NCBI GenBank assembly: GCA_951406725.2
Contig: OX597823.1
Location: forward strand, 116,188,001-116,252,000
From: Octopus vulgaris
Taxonomy: Eukaryota
Reading direction: 5' to 3'
DNA: 64,000 nucleotides
The position numbers and the translations under genes were made by a program. This document shows positions 12,123 to 23,563 of the stretch, piece after piece (positions within the stretch are counted from its first letter, which is position 1; each line of letters opens with the position of its first letter). The notes under the pieces are model-generated. The model searched no databases and was not told where the DNA came from. It saw only the letters and a list, made by a program, of their open reading frames with translations.

Positions 12123-12302
12123 CTGTTGCTTTTCATTAACATAATTTATGCAGTTACGGAAATAAATAATGTATATAATTTGTGTAAAGTCTTAGGTGTA
12201 TATCCATTAAATATGTTAATTATTTAAACTTAATAAAATGATACTGTTGTAGTAGCAACAGTATCAACAACAACAACAACAACAGTAATAATAACTATTA
12301 TA

Positions 12303-12532
12303 TCTAATTTTCGCACAAGCCCAGCAGTTTTAGTGTGTGTGTGTGTGTGTGGTAGTGGGGTAGTGGGGTAATTTGATTAAACTGACCTCTAGTGTATGAC
12401 TGGTACTTATTTTATCAACCCTAAAAGAATGAAAAGGCAAAGTCAACCTCGGCAACATTTGCACTCAGAGCTGGAAGAAATGTCAGTGAGCATTTTGTCT
12501 GCCATGATAATGATTCTGTCAGCTTGCTACCC
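12303..12532 (-). mobile_element. SINE family C, decayed
   Basis: ctggtacttattttatcaacc...ggcaaagtcaacctcggc. Confidence 0.75.
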
Positions 12533-12566
12533 TAATGATGACGACGACGATGACAATAGTAAAAAT

Positions 12567-13125
12567 AAATGCCCTGATGCAGTACCAGGCAGTGGCTCTC
12601 ATGGCTTCTGATCTTAACTGATTGGAAGTGTTATCATGTACATTGTTTTGTCTTGGTATAAAAGATGGGCCACAGCAAATATTCTGCTCAATACCACAGA
12701 TTTGCTTTGTCAGTTGTTTGACCTTAATCAGTTGAGCATGTCCCTTAGTGGCTGACGATATGTGCATCTCTGATCACAAGCAGAAGTAGTGGGGGAGCAT
12801 CATAGCCATGTGTTGAAAGGAATTCTTGGAGGTTTGGATAATTCACCTCTGGAAACATGGGTGTTTCGTTCAACATCCTTAAACAACCCTTATTCAGGGA
12901 CCTTTTGAGCGGGATGGGCTACTCGACCAGAAAAAAATTCTAACTGGACCCCACCTGCAAGGTCATGTGCTGTTTATCTTGATATGAGATCACCATGTCG
13001 CGCACATATGGTTGTGATGCATGTGCCTGGTGTACCCTTATCAGACAGGTAGTCATGATAGGTATATTGGGCTTCATATATTTTACCCCAGTGTCACTTT
13101 GATGGCATGCACTGCTCTCTCACTC
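12567..13125. repeat. Unclassified probable interspersed repeat
   Basis: GC-richer 560-bp block bounded by trinucleotide tracts; single copy in this window. Confidence 0.4.
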
Positions 13126-13177
13126 GACAGTAATACTACTACAACTACTACTAATAATAATAATAACAATAATATCA

Positions 13178-13290
13178 GAGACTCAAAAGATTGTGTTGAC
13201 GTCAACCACCCACGTCCTCAGGAGTTTTCTCTCCATCTAATATAAAAATGTCTTCGATGAAATAAAATGCAATTCAATTGGAAAATGATT
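13178..13290 (+). mobile_element. R4/Dong-type LINE 3' end, heavily 5' truncated
   Basis: ETQKIVLTSTTHVLRSFLSI* resembles the C-terminal QK.AL.GTAHILR..LS*; follows an (AAT)n tract. Confidence 0.65.
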
Positions 13291-13309
13291 TTCTTTTTTA
13301 TAATAACAA

Positions 13310-13751
13310 TCCTTTCTACTACAGGCACAAGGCCTGAAGTTTCAGGGGAGGGGACGAGTCGATTACATCGACCCCAGTGTTTCACTTGAACTTAACTTAT
13401 CGACCTTGAAAGGGTGAAAGGCAATGTCAACTTCAGTGGAATTTGAATTTAGAATGTAAAGTTGGACACAATGTTATTAAACACTTAGCCTAGCATACTT
13501 ATGATTCTGCCAGCTAGCCACCTTAATAATGATAACAATTCTTTTTACTCAAGGCACAAAGCCTGAAATTTTTGGAGAGGGGACTAGTTGCTTACATTGA
13601 CTCCAGTGTTTCACTGGTACTTAATTAATCGACCCACAAAGGATGAAAGGCGAAGTCGACCTCGGCGGTATTTGAACTCAAAATGTAGCGGCAAACAAAA
13701 TACCACTCAGCATTTTGCCCAGTATGCTAACAGTTCTGCCAGCTCACCACC

Positions 13752-13794
<43 letters not shown>

Positions 13795-14033
13795 TATTAT
13801 TTCTACTCTAGGCACAAGGCCCTTGAAATTTTCTGGGAAAGGTCTTACTCGATTATATCAACCCCAATGCATAACTGGTACTTATTTCATCGACTCCAAA
13901 AGGATGAAAGGCAAAGTCGACCTTGGAGGAATTTGAACTCGGAATATAGTGGCAGATAAAATACTGCTAAGCATTTCGCCCAGCATGCTAACAATTCTGC
14001 CAGATCACATTATCATCATCATCATCATCATCA

Positions 14034-14071
<38 letters not shown>

Positions 14072-14275
14072 AATAACAATAACAATAATAATAATAATTG
14101 TTTCTAATTTAAGCACAAAGCCAACAGTTTGTGCGAGGGGAGTTATTTGACTGATACTTTATATAACTGACCTCAGAAGGATGAAAGCAAAGTGAACTTG
14201 AGGAGGGTTTGAATTCAAAGTAGGAAGAGGCTGAACACATTTTCCAACATTTTCATTTCTGCCAGCTTGCCGCCT
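13310..14275 (-). mobile_element. Four head-to-tail SINE C copies (about 13310-13523, 13539-13752, 13800-14010, 14100-14275)
   Basis: Each has the family C body and type-2 tail; separated by (AAT)n/(CAT)n tracts. Confidence 0.9.
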
Positions 14276-14384
14276 TAGTACAGCAGTGGTGGTGGTGGTG
14301 GTAATCATGATGATGATGATGATTTCTTTTATCTTTATTTTAAATGATGTCTTTTATTGATGATAATTTTAAGAATATAACAAA

Positions 14385-14406
14385 GATAATAATAATAATA
14401 ATAATG

Positions 14407-14443
<37 letters not shown>

Positions 14444-14450
14444 TAATAAA
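14385..14450. repeat. (AAT)n microsatellite
   Basis: Read directly. Confidence 0.95.
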
Positions 14451-15125
14451 ATGTAATGAAACAAATTTTAAGATAAACTTTGTCTTAGTGCCCAACAAAT
14501 AACATTTCTTATATTTGTCTTGAAAAAATTAGTAATTAAAAAATTGTATTTGGTATTGGTTTAATGGTTCATAATGGCAAGAGTGAGTAAGAGAGAGAGA
14601 AAGAGAAAGAGAGAGGGAAGAGAGAGAGAAAGAGAGAGAAAAGGATAGAGGATGGGTGGGCTTAAGATACCAGAGATTTGAGGTTGAGAGGTGGAAATTT
14701 AGTATTTTATTTGATTATTTCTTACAATTGAATTCTAGCTATCACATGATGGATTGTGTGACGTGAAGAATGGCTTGTGGTTACACTCAGAGCATATAAC
14801 ATTTGAGTTATGCAAATAATTAAAGAGTTGGAAAAATGAATGTGATTTTAACTGCAAGACTTGACAATGATTAATAGCCAAAATGGAAGAAGTGTAGAAA
14901 TGGAAGTGTCAGTGATACTTTAGACACAAATAAAGTAAGGGGAATAAATGAAATTTAATTTTTTAAGATGGCTCTTGAAAATAGTTTAAATATTTGAAGT
15001 GATAATATTAAAATTTCTACTTGAAATATTAATGTGGGTGTATGTGTGCATGCACACATACAAGTTGATGCATTTACATTATTTTGTATATGCATGTGTG
15101 TGTGTAAGTATATGTGTATATATAA

Positions 15126-15159
<34 letters not shown>

Positions 15160-15619
15160 TTCTACATATGCATGCACACTATATTTCTGTATACATGTGT
15201 GTGTATGTGTGTGTGTATATATATGTGTGTGTGTGTGTATGTGTGCATATATTTGTGCATACAAATTTCTGTTCTGTTGAGTGTTTTGTTTCAATACTAT
15301 GAAATATATCTTTAGATATCTTTGTGGATTTTACATATAAGGACAGGTTGTTAACATCTTTCTATACACACAGCGCTGGCTAAAAATCTACAGATATACT
15401 CCATTTAAAAGTATTACATACATACACTACTTCCTCGTCCATAGTTCCTCGTTTCCCACACCCCATCTTCTTCCCTAAGTCCCTTCTCTCCTCCCATTCC
15501 TCTTGCTATGCTTACCTTTTCCATTTCAGCACAACTTCTGAACCCAACCACCACACCTTCCACATTAAGGACCCTTTCTGATGTACTTGCAACAACTTCA
15601 TAAATGTACTCCAATGATC

Positions 15620-15800
15620 CCTTTTTTTACTATCTATTTCTATTTCTCATTCCTTCTCAGCTCCCTTTCTTCTGATGAAAGACTAACATCCAAAACAACA
15701 CTTTCTCCTTCCATTAAAGCATTAAGTTAATACCTTATTTGTGTACATTTGACAAATCTTATCTTCTTATTTATATTGTTTATTGAATTTATACTATATA
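15620..15800 (+). mobile_element. Decayed Penelope-like pLTR end with eroded hammerhead
   Basis: ctgatga at 15672 then ccaaaac; downstream layout parallels 63700-63890. Confidence 0.35.
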
Positions 15801-15829
15801 TACATATATATATATATATAATATGAAAT

Positions 15830-16188
15830 ATAAATTAAAAACAGAACACAAAGGATATCGTGGTGCACGTGTTTCAAGCTTTATAAACAATCCGCTATTA
15901 CATCAGTGTATTATTGAGGTAATACTACATGTACTTTTTATATTTTTTTATATTGCAATGTAATCTTTGGACCAACAATGTTTGTGGCTGAAGAGAGCTT
16001 TAAACCATCTTTTATATCAATAATACACTGATGTAATAACAGATTGTTTATAAAGCTTGAAACACGTGTACCGTGATATCCTTTGTGTTCTGTTTTTGAT
16101 TTTATTTGATATCACCTCTGCCACTATCTGGCATATACAGGTGCCTACACTTATCAAGTATTCACTCTAAATTTACTGTGCCTACCAT
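15830..16188 (+). mobile_element. Foldback element F2 (inverted pLTR plus tail)
   Basis: 88-bp arms 15830-15917 and 16017-16104, then about 85 nt unpaired tail; flanked by (TA)n. Confidence 0.8.
15983..16075 (+). ncRNA. Type I hammerhead ribozyme motif with extended stem II
   Basis: CUGAAGA 15988-15994; stem II GAGCUUUA/UAAAGCUU; GAAA 16059-16062; palindromic stem III ACACGUGU; GUA site 16068-16070; stem I UGUGG/CCGUG with G-U pairs. Confidence 0.75.
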
Positions 16189-16211
16189 ATATATATATAT
16201 ATATATATATA

Positions 16212-16592
16212 TTATCATCATCATTGTTCAACATACATCTTTCCATGCTTGCATGGGTTAGACAGATTTTCAACAGCTGAATGTCCTTCCTGTCAGCAAC
16301 CCTTGTTTCCAAGTAAGGTAGTATTTCCCCCATAGCTTGACATGTTTCTTATGGAAGACTAGAAGCGAACAATGTCACCTGCATGACAGTGAAACACACT
16401 TCCAATCATCTTAGGCAAAGGTACACACACATAGATACACACACATAGGATGCTCTTCTTTCATTTTCGGTCTACCAAATCCATTCTTAGTACTTTGGTC
16501 AGCCTGGAGCTATAGTAGTATACACTTTTCCAAATTGCTGTGCAGCAGGACTGAACCTAAGGCAATGTGGTTGGTAAGTGAGCTTCTTAACC
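16212..16592 (-). mobile_element. Decayed family D plus family A fragments
   Basis: ttccatgcttgcatgggtt and gtctaccaaatcc...ggactgaacc. Confidence 0.6.
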
Positions 16593-16799
16593 TCGGGAAA
16601 TTATACTCATTCATGACATCATTGGAAGTGCACAACTGAAAAGCTCATTGAACAACGTTAATGATTTTATAGATGGTGCTAAACGAGAGATGACAACCAG
16701 AGTACATAGTCGGCAGTTTGAATGTCGTTAATATCAAAAGCAGTTTCTCTACAGGTAAAACATTACAGTAGAAAATTCAACTTTGGTAGAGTACGTATA

Positions 16800-17700
16800 A
16801 ATTTTTACTGAGAAAAGGTTGATAGTAGAAGGATATATGTAAGTCTAAGTGAGTGGATGTCGGAAAAGTCACCTGGTTGAGATCTATGGTAATCAGATTG
16901 GGGTATCTTAAGACTATTGTTTTGGAAAAGAAAGAGGGGGAGGAGGGGAGGAGGAGGAGGAGAGAGAGAAGAGAGGGGGAGAAGAGGAGGAGAAGAAGAA
17001 AAGGAGGGGGAGGAGGAGAGAAAAGGAAGAAGAAAAGAAGAGGAGAAGAAGAACAAGAAGAAAAGGAGGGGAGGAGGAGGAGAAAAAGGAAGAGGAAGAG
17101 GAGGCGAAGAAGAAGAAGAAATGGAGGGGGAGGGGAAGAGGAGGAGGAGGAGGTGGAGTTATTTATTTCTAAACTCATTTGTCTTTTGTGTGTTGCAGTT
17201 TAAAGCAGGGTGGACAATCGTCTCCATACAAATTGGGGTTTTGGAGTTTAGTGCCGGTAGTATCTGTCGACCTATGAAGTTACTTGCCACTCCAAACCCT
17301 TTCATCTCATGCTAGCATCAAATGGTTCCTTAGTGTTTTTCTTACCATGAAATAGAAGGGATTCCCTGCTTTGTAGTATTACTTCTATTTTGGAGTCTTT
17401 AATTGCTGTTATCAGTTTGGAGGAATTCAAAACAGCCATAAGTATTGGTTTTGAGACTGTAGCATAATAATCTTTGATGCCAAACCAGAAGATCTGATGC
17501 TTACTTTTGCCTGAGATCTTTTTAAACCCTTGAATACTGCTTTAATGTTATTCCAGAGGGGTTTTTGATATGACTGTGTGGATCATTTTCTTGTTAATGA
17601 TTCCTAAGTCTGACTTTGAAGGAGTTATTAGTGTGACAGATGGGTTCTGAGTTTTTCAGGAGATGGTGCCCAGCCTTACTGTATTTATGGTTGGTTGATT
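16800..17700 (-). pseudogene. Penelope-like retroelement RT fossil (possibly Naiad type)
   Basis: Ordered decayed motifs LITPSKSDLG, FGIKDYYATVS, IEVILQSRESLLF, FDASM, NLYGDD, ITIDLNQVTF; split by a purine tract. Confidence 0.7.
16925..17157. repeat. (GGA/GAA)n polypurine tract
   Basis: Read directly. Confidence 0.95.
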
Positions 17701-17798
17701 AATTAAGAGTGTTTCGTGCACAGAAGCCTCAGCTAAAATATACTGTTTATCACATCAGTATAATCTTGTATTGGTTTTACTGTAGCTGTAATGGTAGT

Positions 17799-18135
17799 GG
17801 CCCACATGGCTCAGTAGTTAAAGCATTGGGCTCACAATCATGAGGTAGTGAGTTCAATTCCTGGACTGGTCTGTGTGTTGTGTTCTTGAGCAAGACACTT
17901 TATTCCACGTTGCTCCAGTTCACACAGCTGTAGAAATGAGTTGTGACATCACTGATGCCAAGCTGTATCAGCCTTTCCTTTGGATAATATCAGTGACATA
18001 GAGACAGGAGGCTGGTATGTATGGGTGACTCTGGTCTCCCATAAACAACCTTGCCTGGACTTCTGCCTTGGAGAGTAACTTTCAAGGTGCAATCTCATGG
18101 TCAATCCTGACCAAAGGGGGTCTTTACTTTACTTA
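17799..18135 (+). mobile_element. SINE family B
   Basis: Homologous to 602-932. Confidence 0.9.
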
Positions 18136-18281
18136 GTGGTAGTGGACTAATTCATAGTGGTCCATGCACAGAAGCCCCAGTTAAAATATACTGTGTTTCA
18201 CATCAGTATGATTATTAGTAACAATTATGTTAGATTTAAAAGTTGCAACTGATTGAATTAACCCAAGTGTATTACTGGTAA

Positions 18282-18513
18282 GGCAGCGAGCTGGCAGAAA
18301 CGTTAGCACACCAGGTGAAATACGTAACCGTATTTTGTCTGTCGTCACGTTCTGAGTTCAAATTCCGCCAAGGCTGACTTTGCCTTTCATCCTTTTGGGA
18401 TCGATTAAATAAGTACCAGTTACGCACTGGGGGGTCGATATAATTGACTTCATCCATTTGTCTGTCCTTGTTTGTCCCCTCTATGTTTAGCCCCTTGTGG
18501 GTAGTAAAGAAAT
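18282..18513 (+). mobile_element. SINE family C (type-1 tail)
   Basis: Full copy, TSD tattactggtaa. Confidence 0.9.
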
Positions 18514-19033
18514 ATATATTACTGGTAATTATTGAATCAACTCTAATGGAGTTGGATAATGTAAAAATAAAAAGAGGTAACCATTGTAAGATTTGAACTC
18601 AGTAATACAGGGGTTGAAATGAAATACTATAATAGATATACCTCACTAATATATATCTGTCTGAATGATATTATTGATTTATCTTATCTAGATTTGTTTT
18701 AGTGGAACTAAAACCAATCAGTTGGAACTGTTGTTATCTATTTATCCATACTGAACACATACAGAGTTCACGGTGCTTCTTCACGGTGTCTATGTCTCTA
18801 TTGCCTCTGACCCCCACACTCTTTCTATCAATGTATCTATCCATATTAACTCTTCTCCTCTCTATATGCTGATATTAGCTCTGCCTCCTCCTCTTCCTAT
18901 GTCTCTGTAAACTCTGCTCCCCCTTCACTTTTATGAGTATATTAACTCGACCACTCCAGTATATCTGTATCAATTCTATCCCCTGCCTTTCTATATTTAT
19001 ATTAACCCTGCCCCCTCTCTCCCCTCTCTCTCC

Positions 19034-19063
19034 ATATATATATAGATACATACATATATATAC

Positions 19064-19107
<44 letters not shown>

Positions 19108-19145
19108 GTATATATATATATATATACATACATATATATGTATAT

Positions 19146-19176
<31 letters not shown>

Positions 19177-19216
19177 CACATATATATGTATATATATATA
19201 TATATATACATATATA

Positions 19217-19274
<58 letters not shown>

Positions 19275-19299
19275 GTATGTATATATATATGTATGTATG

Positions 19300-19360
<61 letters not shown>

Positions 19361-19371
19361 ATATATATATG

Positions 19372-19416
<45 letters not shown>

Positions 19417-19533
19417 GTATGTATATATATATATATGTATGTATATATATATATACATACATATATATAATATACATACATATATATATACATACATATA
19501 TATATATATATATATACATACATACATACATAC

Positions 19534-19576
<43 letters not shown>
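19034..19576. repeat. Long interrupted (TA)n microsatellite
   Basis: Read directly. Confidence 0.98.
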
Positions 19577-19579
<3 letters not shown>

Positions 19580-20475
19580 TTTCACTCTCTATTTCGCCAT
19601 TATCTCTGCCTCTCTGTTGTTTCATTAGATTAAAGATATTCCTCCTATAAAACTTCCACCTGTTTTCCTGTCTGCCACACTCAGATTGTTATTGGCAACA
19701 TGTTGTTGTCCAAAACTATTGTTTATTTCCTTGTTTATCTGTTAATTTGTTTGTTTATTTTAAAAAATATATATTTCTATAAATTATACATCACATCATT
19801 TCACATTTAGACAACTTTCTTTTATTTTATTTGGTTCAAGGAAATTGTTCCTCGCATACTAAGAGAGTAATAACTCTGTATCTATGTGTGCTTGCATGTA
19901 TGTATATGTGTGTGTGTGTAGATATTTTATCATATACGTTAATTTTCTGAAGACATTCTGATGCATAAAATATTTATTTAATTCTATATAAATAAAATAT
20001 TGTAGAATAAAATAAAACAAACTAGAATTGACCAAAGTGAAGAAAAGTTTAATGATAGTTTCAGTTCCACTGTTATTATTTTGGAATATTTTACCAAATA
20101 ACATAAAAACTGAGGATTGAAATATGTTCCCCTTCAATACTTCTTCTTCTTTTCCAAGCTTGATACTTCTGGTGTTTAGGGAGGGTCATTATGCCAACAT
20201 TTCAGCTTTGCACCTGAACTAAACATTGGCTGCACCAAATTCACTCATCCAGGAGGGGGAAACCTGTTGATGCCATCATTCTTTTATTCTCTTACTTCTT
20301 TCAGTCATGCGACTGTGGCCATGCTGGAGCACTGCCAAGAAATCGACTCTTGGACTTATTCTTTGTAAGCCGGGTACTTATTCTAACATCGGTTGTCAAG
20401 CAATGGTGAGAGGGGGGATAAACACACACACATATGTGTATATATATATATCATCATCATCATCATCATCATGAA

Positions 20476-20807
20476 GGTGCACGGCTCAGTGATTAGAGTG
20501 CCGAGCTTAGGATTGTGAGGTTGTGTGTTCGAATCCCGGACCGGGCTGCGTGTTGTGTTCTTGAGCAAGAGACTTTATTTCACGTTGCTGCAGTTCACTC
20601 AGCTGTGGAAATGAGTTGCGACATCACATGTGCCAAGCCATGTCAGCCTTTGCCTTTCCCTTGGATAACACTGGTGGTGTGGAGAGGGGAGGCTGGTATG
20701 CATGGGCGACTGCTGGTCTTCCATAAACATCATTGCCCAGTCTTGTGCCTGGGAGAGTAACTATCTAGGTGCAATCCCATGGCCAGTCATGACTGAAGGG
20801 GGGTCTC
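20476..20807 (+). mobile_element. SINE family B
   Basis: Full copy flanked by duplicated tatat(cat)n. Confidence 0.9.
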
Positions 20808-20812
20808 AGTAT

Positions 20813-20975
20813 ATCATCATCATCATCATCATCATCGTTTAATGTCTACCTTCCCTGCTGGCATGGATGGGATGGTTTGACAGGAACTGGCCAGGCAGAA
20901 GCCTGCACCAGACTTTTGTGACTGTTTTGGAAATATTTCTTATAGCTGGATGCCATTCCTAACACCAACCTTGGC
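20813..20975 (-). mobile_element. Family D element, 3' part
   Basis: (CAT)n tail, gctggatgcc motif. Confidence 0.75.
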
Positions 20976-21139
20976 ATATATACAACGGAATTCTTTCTGT
21001 TTCTGTCTATCAAATCACTCACAAGGCCTGAGGTGCCATACAGTGGAACTGAACCTGGAATCATGTGGTTGGGAAGCAAGCTTCTTACCACACAGCCACT
21101 CCTGTGCCGAGACACTTTTCCCTGACAGAAACCACTCTA

Positions 21140-21520
21140 TCTTTTATCTTTTCCTTGTTTCAGTTATGTGACAGTGGCCATGCTGGGGCACTGTAGTGAA
21201 GGGTTTATTTGAACAGATCAACCCCAGAAATTATTTTTGAAGCCTGGCACTTATTATGTCAGTCGCATAAGTTATACCGGTGTAAACAAACCAACACCTA
21301 TGGTCAAGTGGCGAGCAGGAACAAACATAACAACAAGAAGCATAACAGACATACACACACACACACAGATATATGAATATGTACAACAGACCTCTTTCAG
21401 TTTCTGTGTTTCAAATCCATCTACAAGTAGAAAACACTTACCCAAGGTACCATGCAATGGGATTGAACCCAAGACCATATGGTTGGGAAGCAATCTTCTT
21501 AACCACACAGTCACACCTAT
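21140..21520 (-). mobile_element. SINE family A, diverged
   Basis: Head and tail both recognisable. Confidence 0.8.
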
Positions 21521-21713
21521 CCCTATCTATAAAGATCTTTCCTTCTTATTTCTCTTTAAGCTAATGCCTATATATCTCTTCTACATTGTTTTAGTTACTC
21601 TTTCACAGAACCACAACTGGTTTTCTTTCCATTGTCTCTTATAAACGTTCAGATATTCTCTTATTTGCATCAGTAATCTGTCATTGTTAGTTTGTCTCTT
21701 ATAAACACCTTCC

Positions 21714-21930
21714 ATTTCGTTTTCAGATTTGGTTTGCAAGATTCTTTTTATGAGTTCATGTGTTGAAGCATATTCTATTGTGTCTGGGGAGAGTCAAAAC
21801 TATTGAAAACGTTGCAAGACACAACAAAAATTTTAGGACAAAAGAAATAAGAAAATCATGGAAATTTTACCAGTGAGTGTGTTACATAATAGGGCACAAA
21901 AAGAAAATTACTCTCCCCAGACACAATAAA
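21714..21930. mobile_element. Foldback family F1, copy 2
   Basis: Same termini as 101-323, different inversion point. Confidence 0.7.
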
Positions 21931-22780
21931 ACCCCTTCCAGTTATACATTAATCACTTGCCAGTTGCATGTTAGAAAAGGGGGCTATTCAAAACATCTAG
22001 GGCATAACTTTAAAGAGCATACCAAAACCTTAGATCTCACATGACAACCTGGAAATCCTTCATCTCAGAACATTTACTGAGAATACAGCCAGAGAGCATG
22101 GTGCCTACATTAAAAAGATATTGACATACTCATCATGGAGAAGTTGATATATGCATCATCTGACATTTCTAGCTGGGCCAACATAGGTCAAGGATGAAAG
22201 CTCATCACCATCTCATAGGAACTGATACAGTGATTCTGCCCCTTGGGGATAAGGTAATTTTAGTCTTCAGTGTTGTTATATGTTAATGGGAATTTATTTA
22301 ACCTAATATCTAGGGATAAATGGAATGAAAGAAGGATGGAACCCCTTGACTTCGTTCAGTTTCATTGCTGCTCAGTTTGAACCTTCGTTGGTCACTACCT
22401 GAAAGAAGAGTAGTGGGGGAGGCAGATGAGTTCTGAGATGAAAGGATTGGGTTAAATCTTGAGCAAGATGTTTATAGGTAATAACACATCAAGGATGATT
22501 GGATGACATACTGGTCAATGGGGTGGGGCTTGAGTAGAAGTAAAGCAAAGTTCAGTGGAACTTCATTTATTATATTTAGTCGAAGTTATTATCCCCAAAT
22601 ACAAAATAAATGTATTTTATGTGATAAGGTAATAAGATATTTTATATATTATGAGAGGATACCAAACAAGTTTTATGTCAAAAGTATTGCTTTTATTTTC
22701 TTATGAACTTTCTGGTGTCTTTAGTTGTCAGCATTAAACTTATTTTCTGCATTATATAGTCTACATGCTGATAATGTTTT

Positions 22781-23162
22781 CATCATCATCATCGTTTAAC
22801 ATCCACTTTCCATGCTAGCATGGGTTGGACGATTTGACTGAAGGCTGGCGAACCAGATCGCCACACCAGGCCCCAATCTGATCTGGTAGAGTTTCGACAG
22901 CTGGATGCCCTTCCTAACACCAACCACTCCGAGAGTGTAGTGGGTGCTTTTTACGTGTCACCAGCACGGGGGCCAGTCAGGCGGTACTGGCAATGACCTT
23001 GCTCGAATCTTTTTACACATGCCACCAGCACAGGTGCCAGTAAGGTGACACGGTTAACGATCACGCTCAGATGGTGCTCTTGGTACCCTACTAGCATGGG
23101 CACAAGTGCCAGTAAGGCAACGCTGGTGATGATCATACTCGAATGGTGCCTTTTATGTGCCA
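22781..23162 (-). mobile_element. Family D element with internal tandem units
   Basis: (CAT)n tail, ggatgcccttcct, repeated gccagt..ggc...ggtgc units. Confidence 0.85.
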
Positions 23163-23363
23163 ATTTTTGGTTTTATTTCTTTCTGATATTGGGGGTTGCG
23201 TTCTATGCCTTGACCCGAGCATAGAACGGGGCTTGCCTCTGTGAGCTAAGAAATGAATGGAATACCCAATGTGTGTCTTGATTTGGTTTCTTCTTTCTAA
23301 AAAAATGGAGAATAGGCCTGGGTGTGTAAAAAATAATTCCTTTCCCTAAGAAAGACATAGATT

Positions 23364-23563
23364 TTGATTTCAAATTTTGGCACAAGACCAGCAATTTCGG
23401 GAGAGAGGGCATGTCTATTACATCAACCCCAGTACTCAACTGGTACTTATTCTATCAAACCTGAAAGTCAACTGCGGCAGAATTTTAACCCAGAACATAA
23501 AGATGGACAAAATGCCGCTAAGCATTTCACCAAGCATACCAGTAATTCTTTTGGCTCACCAAC
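23364..23563 (-). mobile_element. SINE family C (type-2 tail)
   Basis: Family C body with small deletion. Confidence 0.8.

Larger units (their letters stand above)
20281..21110 (-). mobile_element. SINE family A split by nested B and D insertions
   Basis: Tail half 20281-20445, head half 20980-21110. Confidence 0.8.

Noticed and set aside
18875-19628. Long ORFs rich in IY, CV or HT repeats (also 44957-45727, 51939-52366, 55643-56023)
   Set aside because: Translations of dinucleotide microsatellites
21950-22170. Possible RTE C-terminal remnant
   Set aside because: Only scattered residues match
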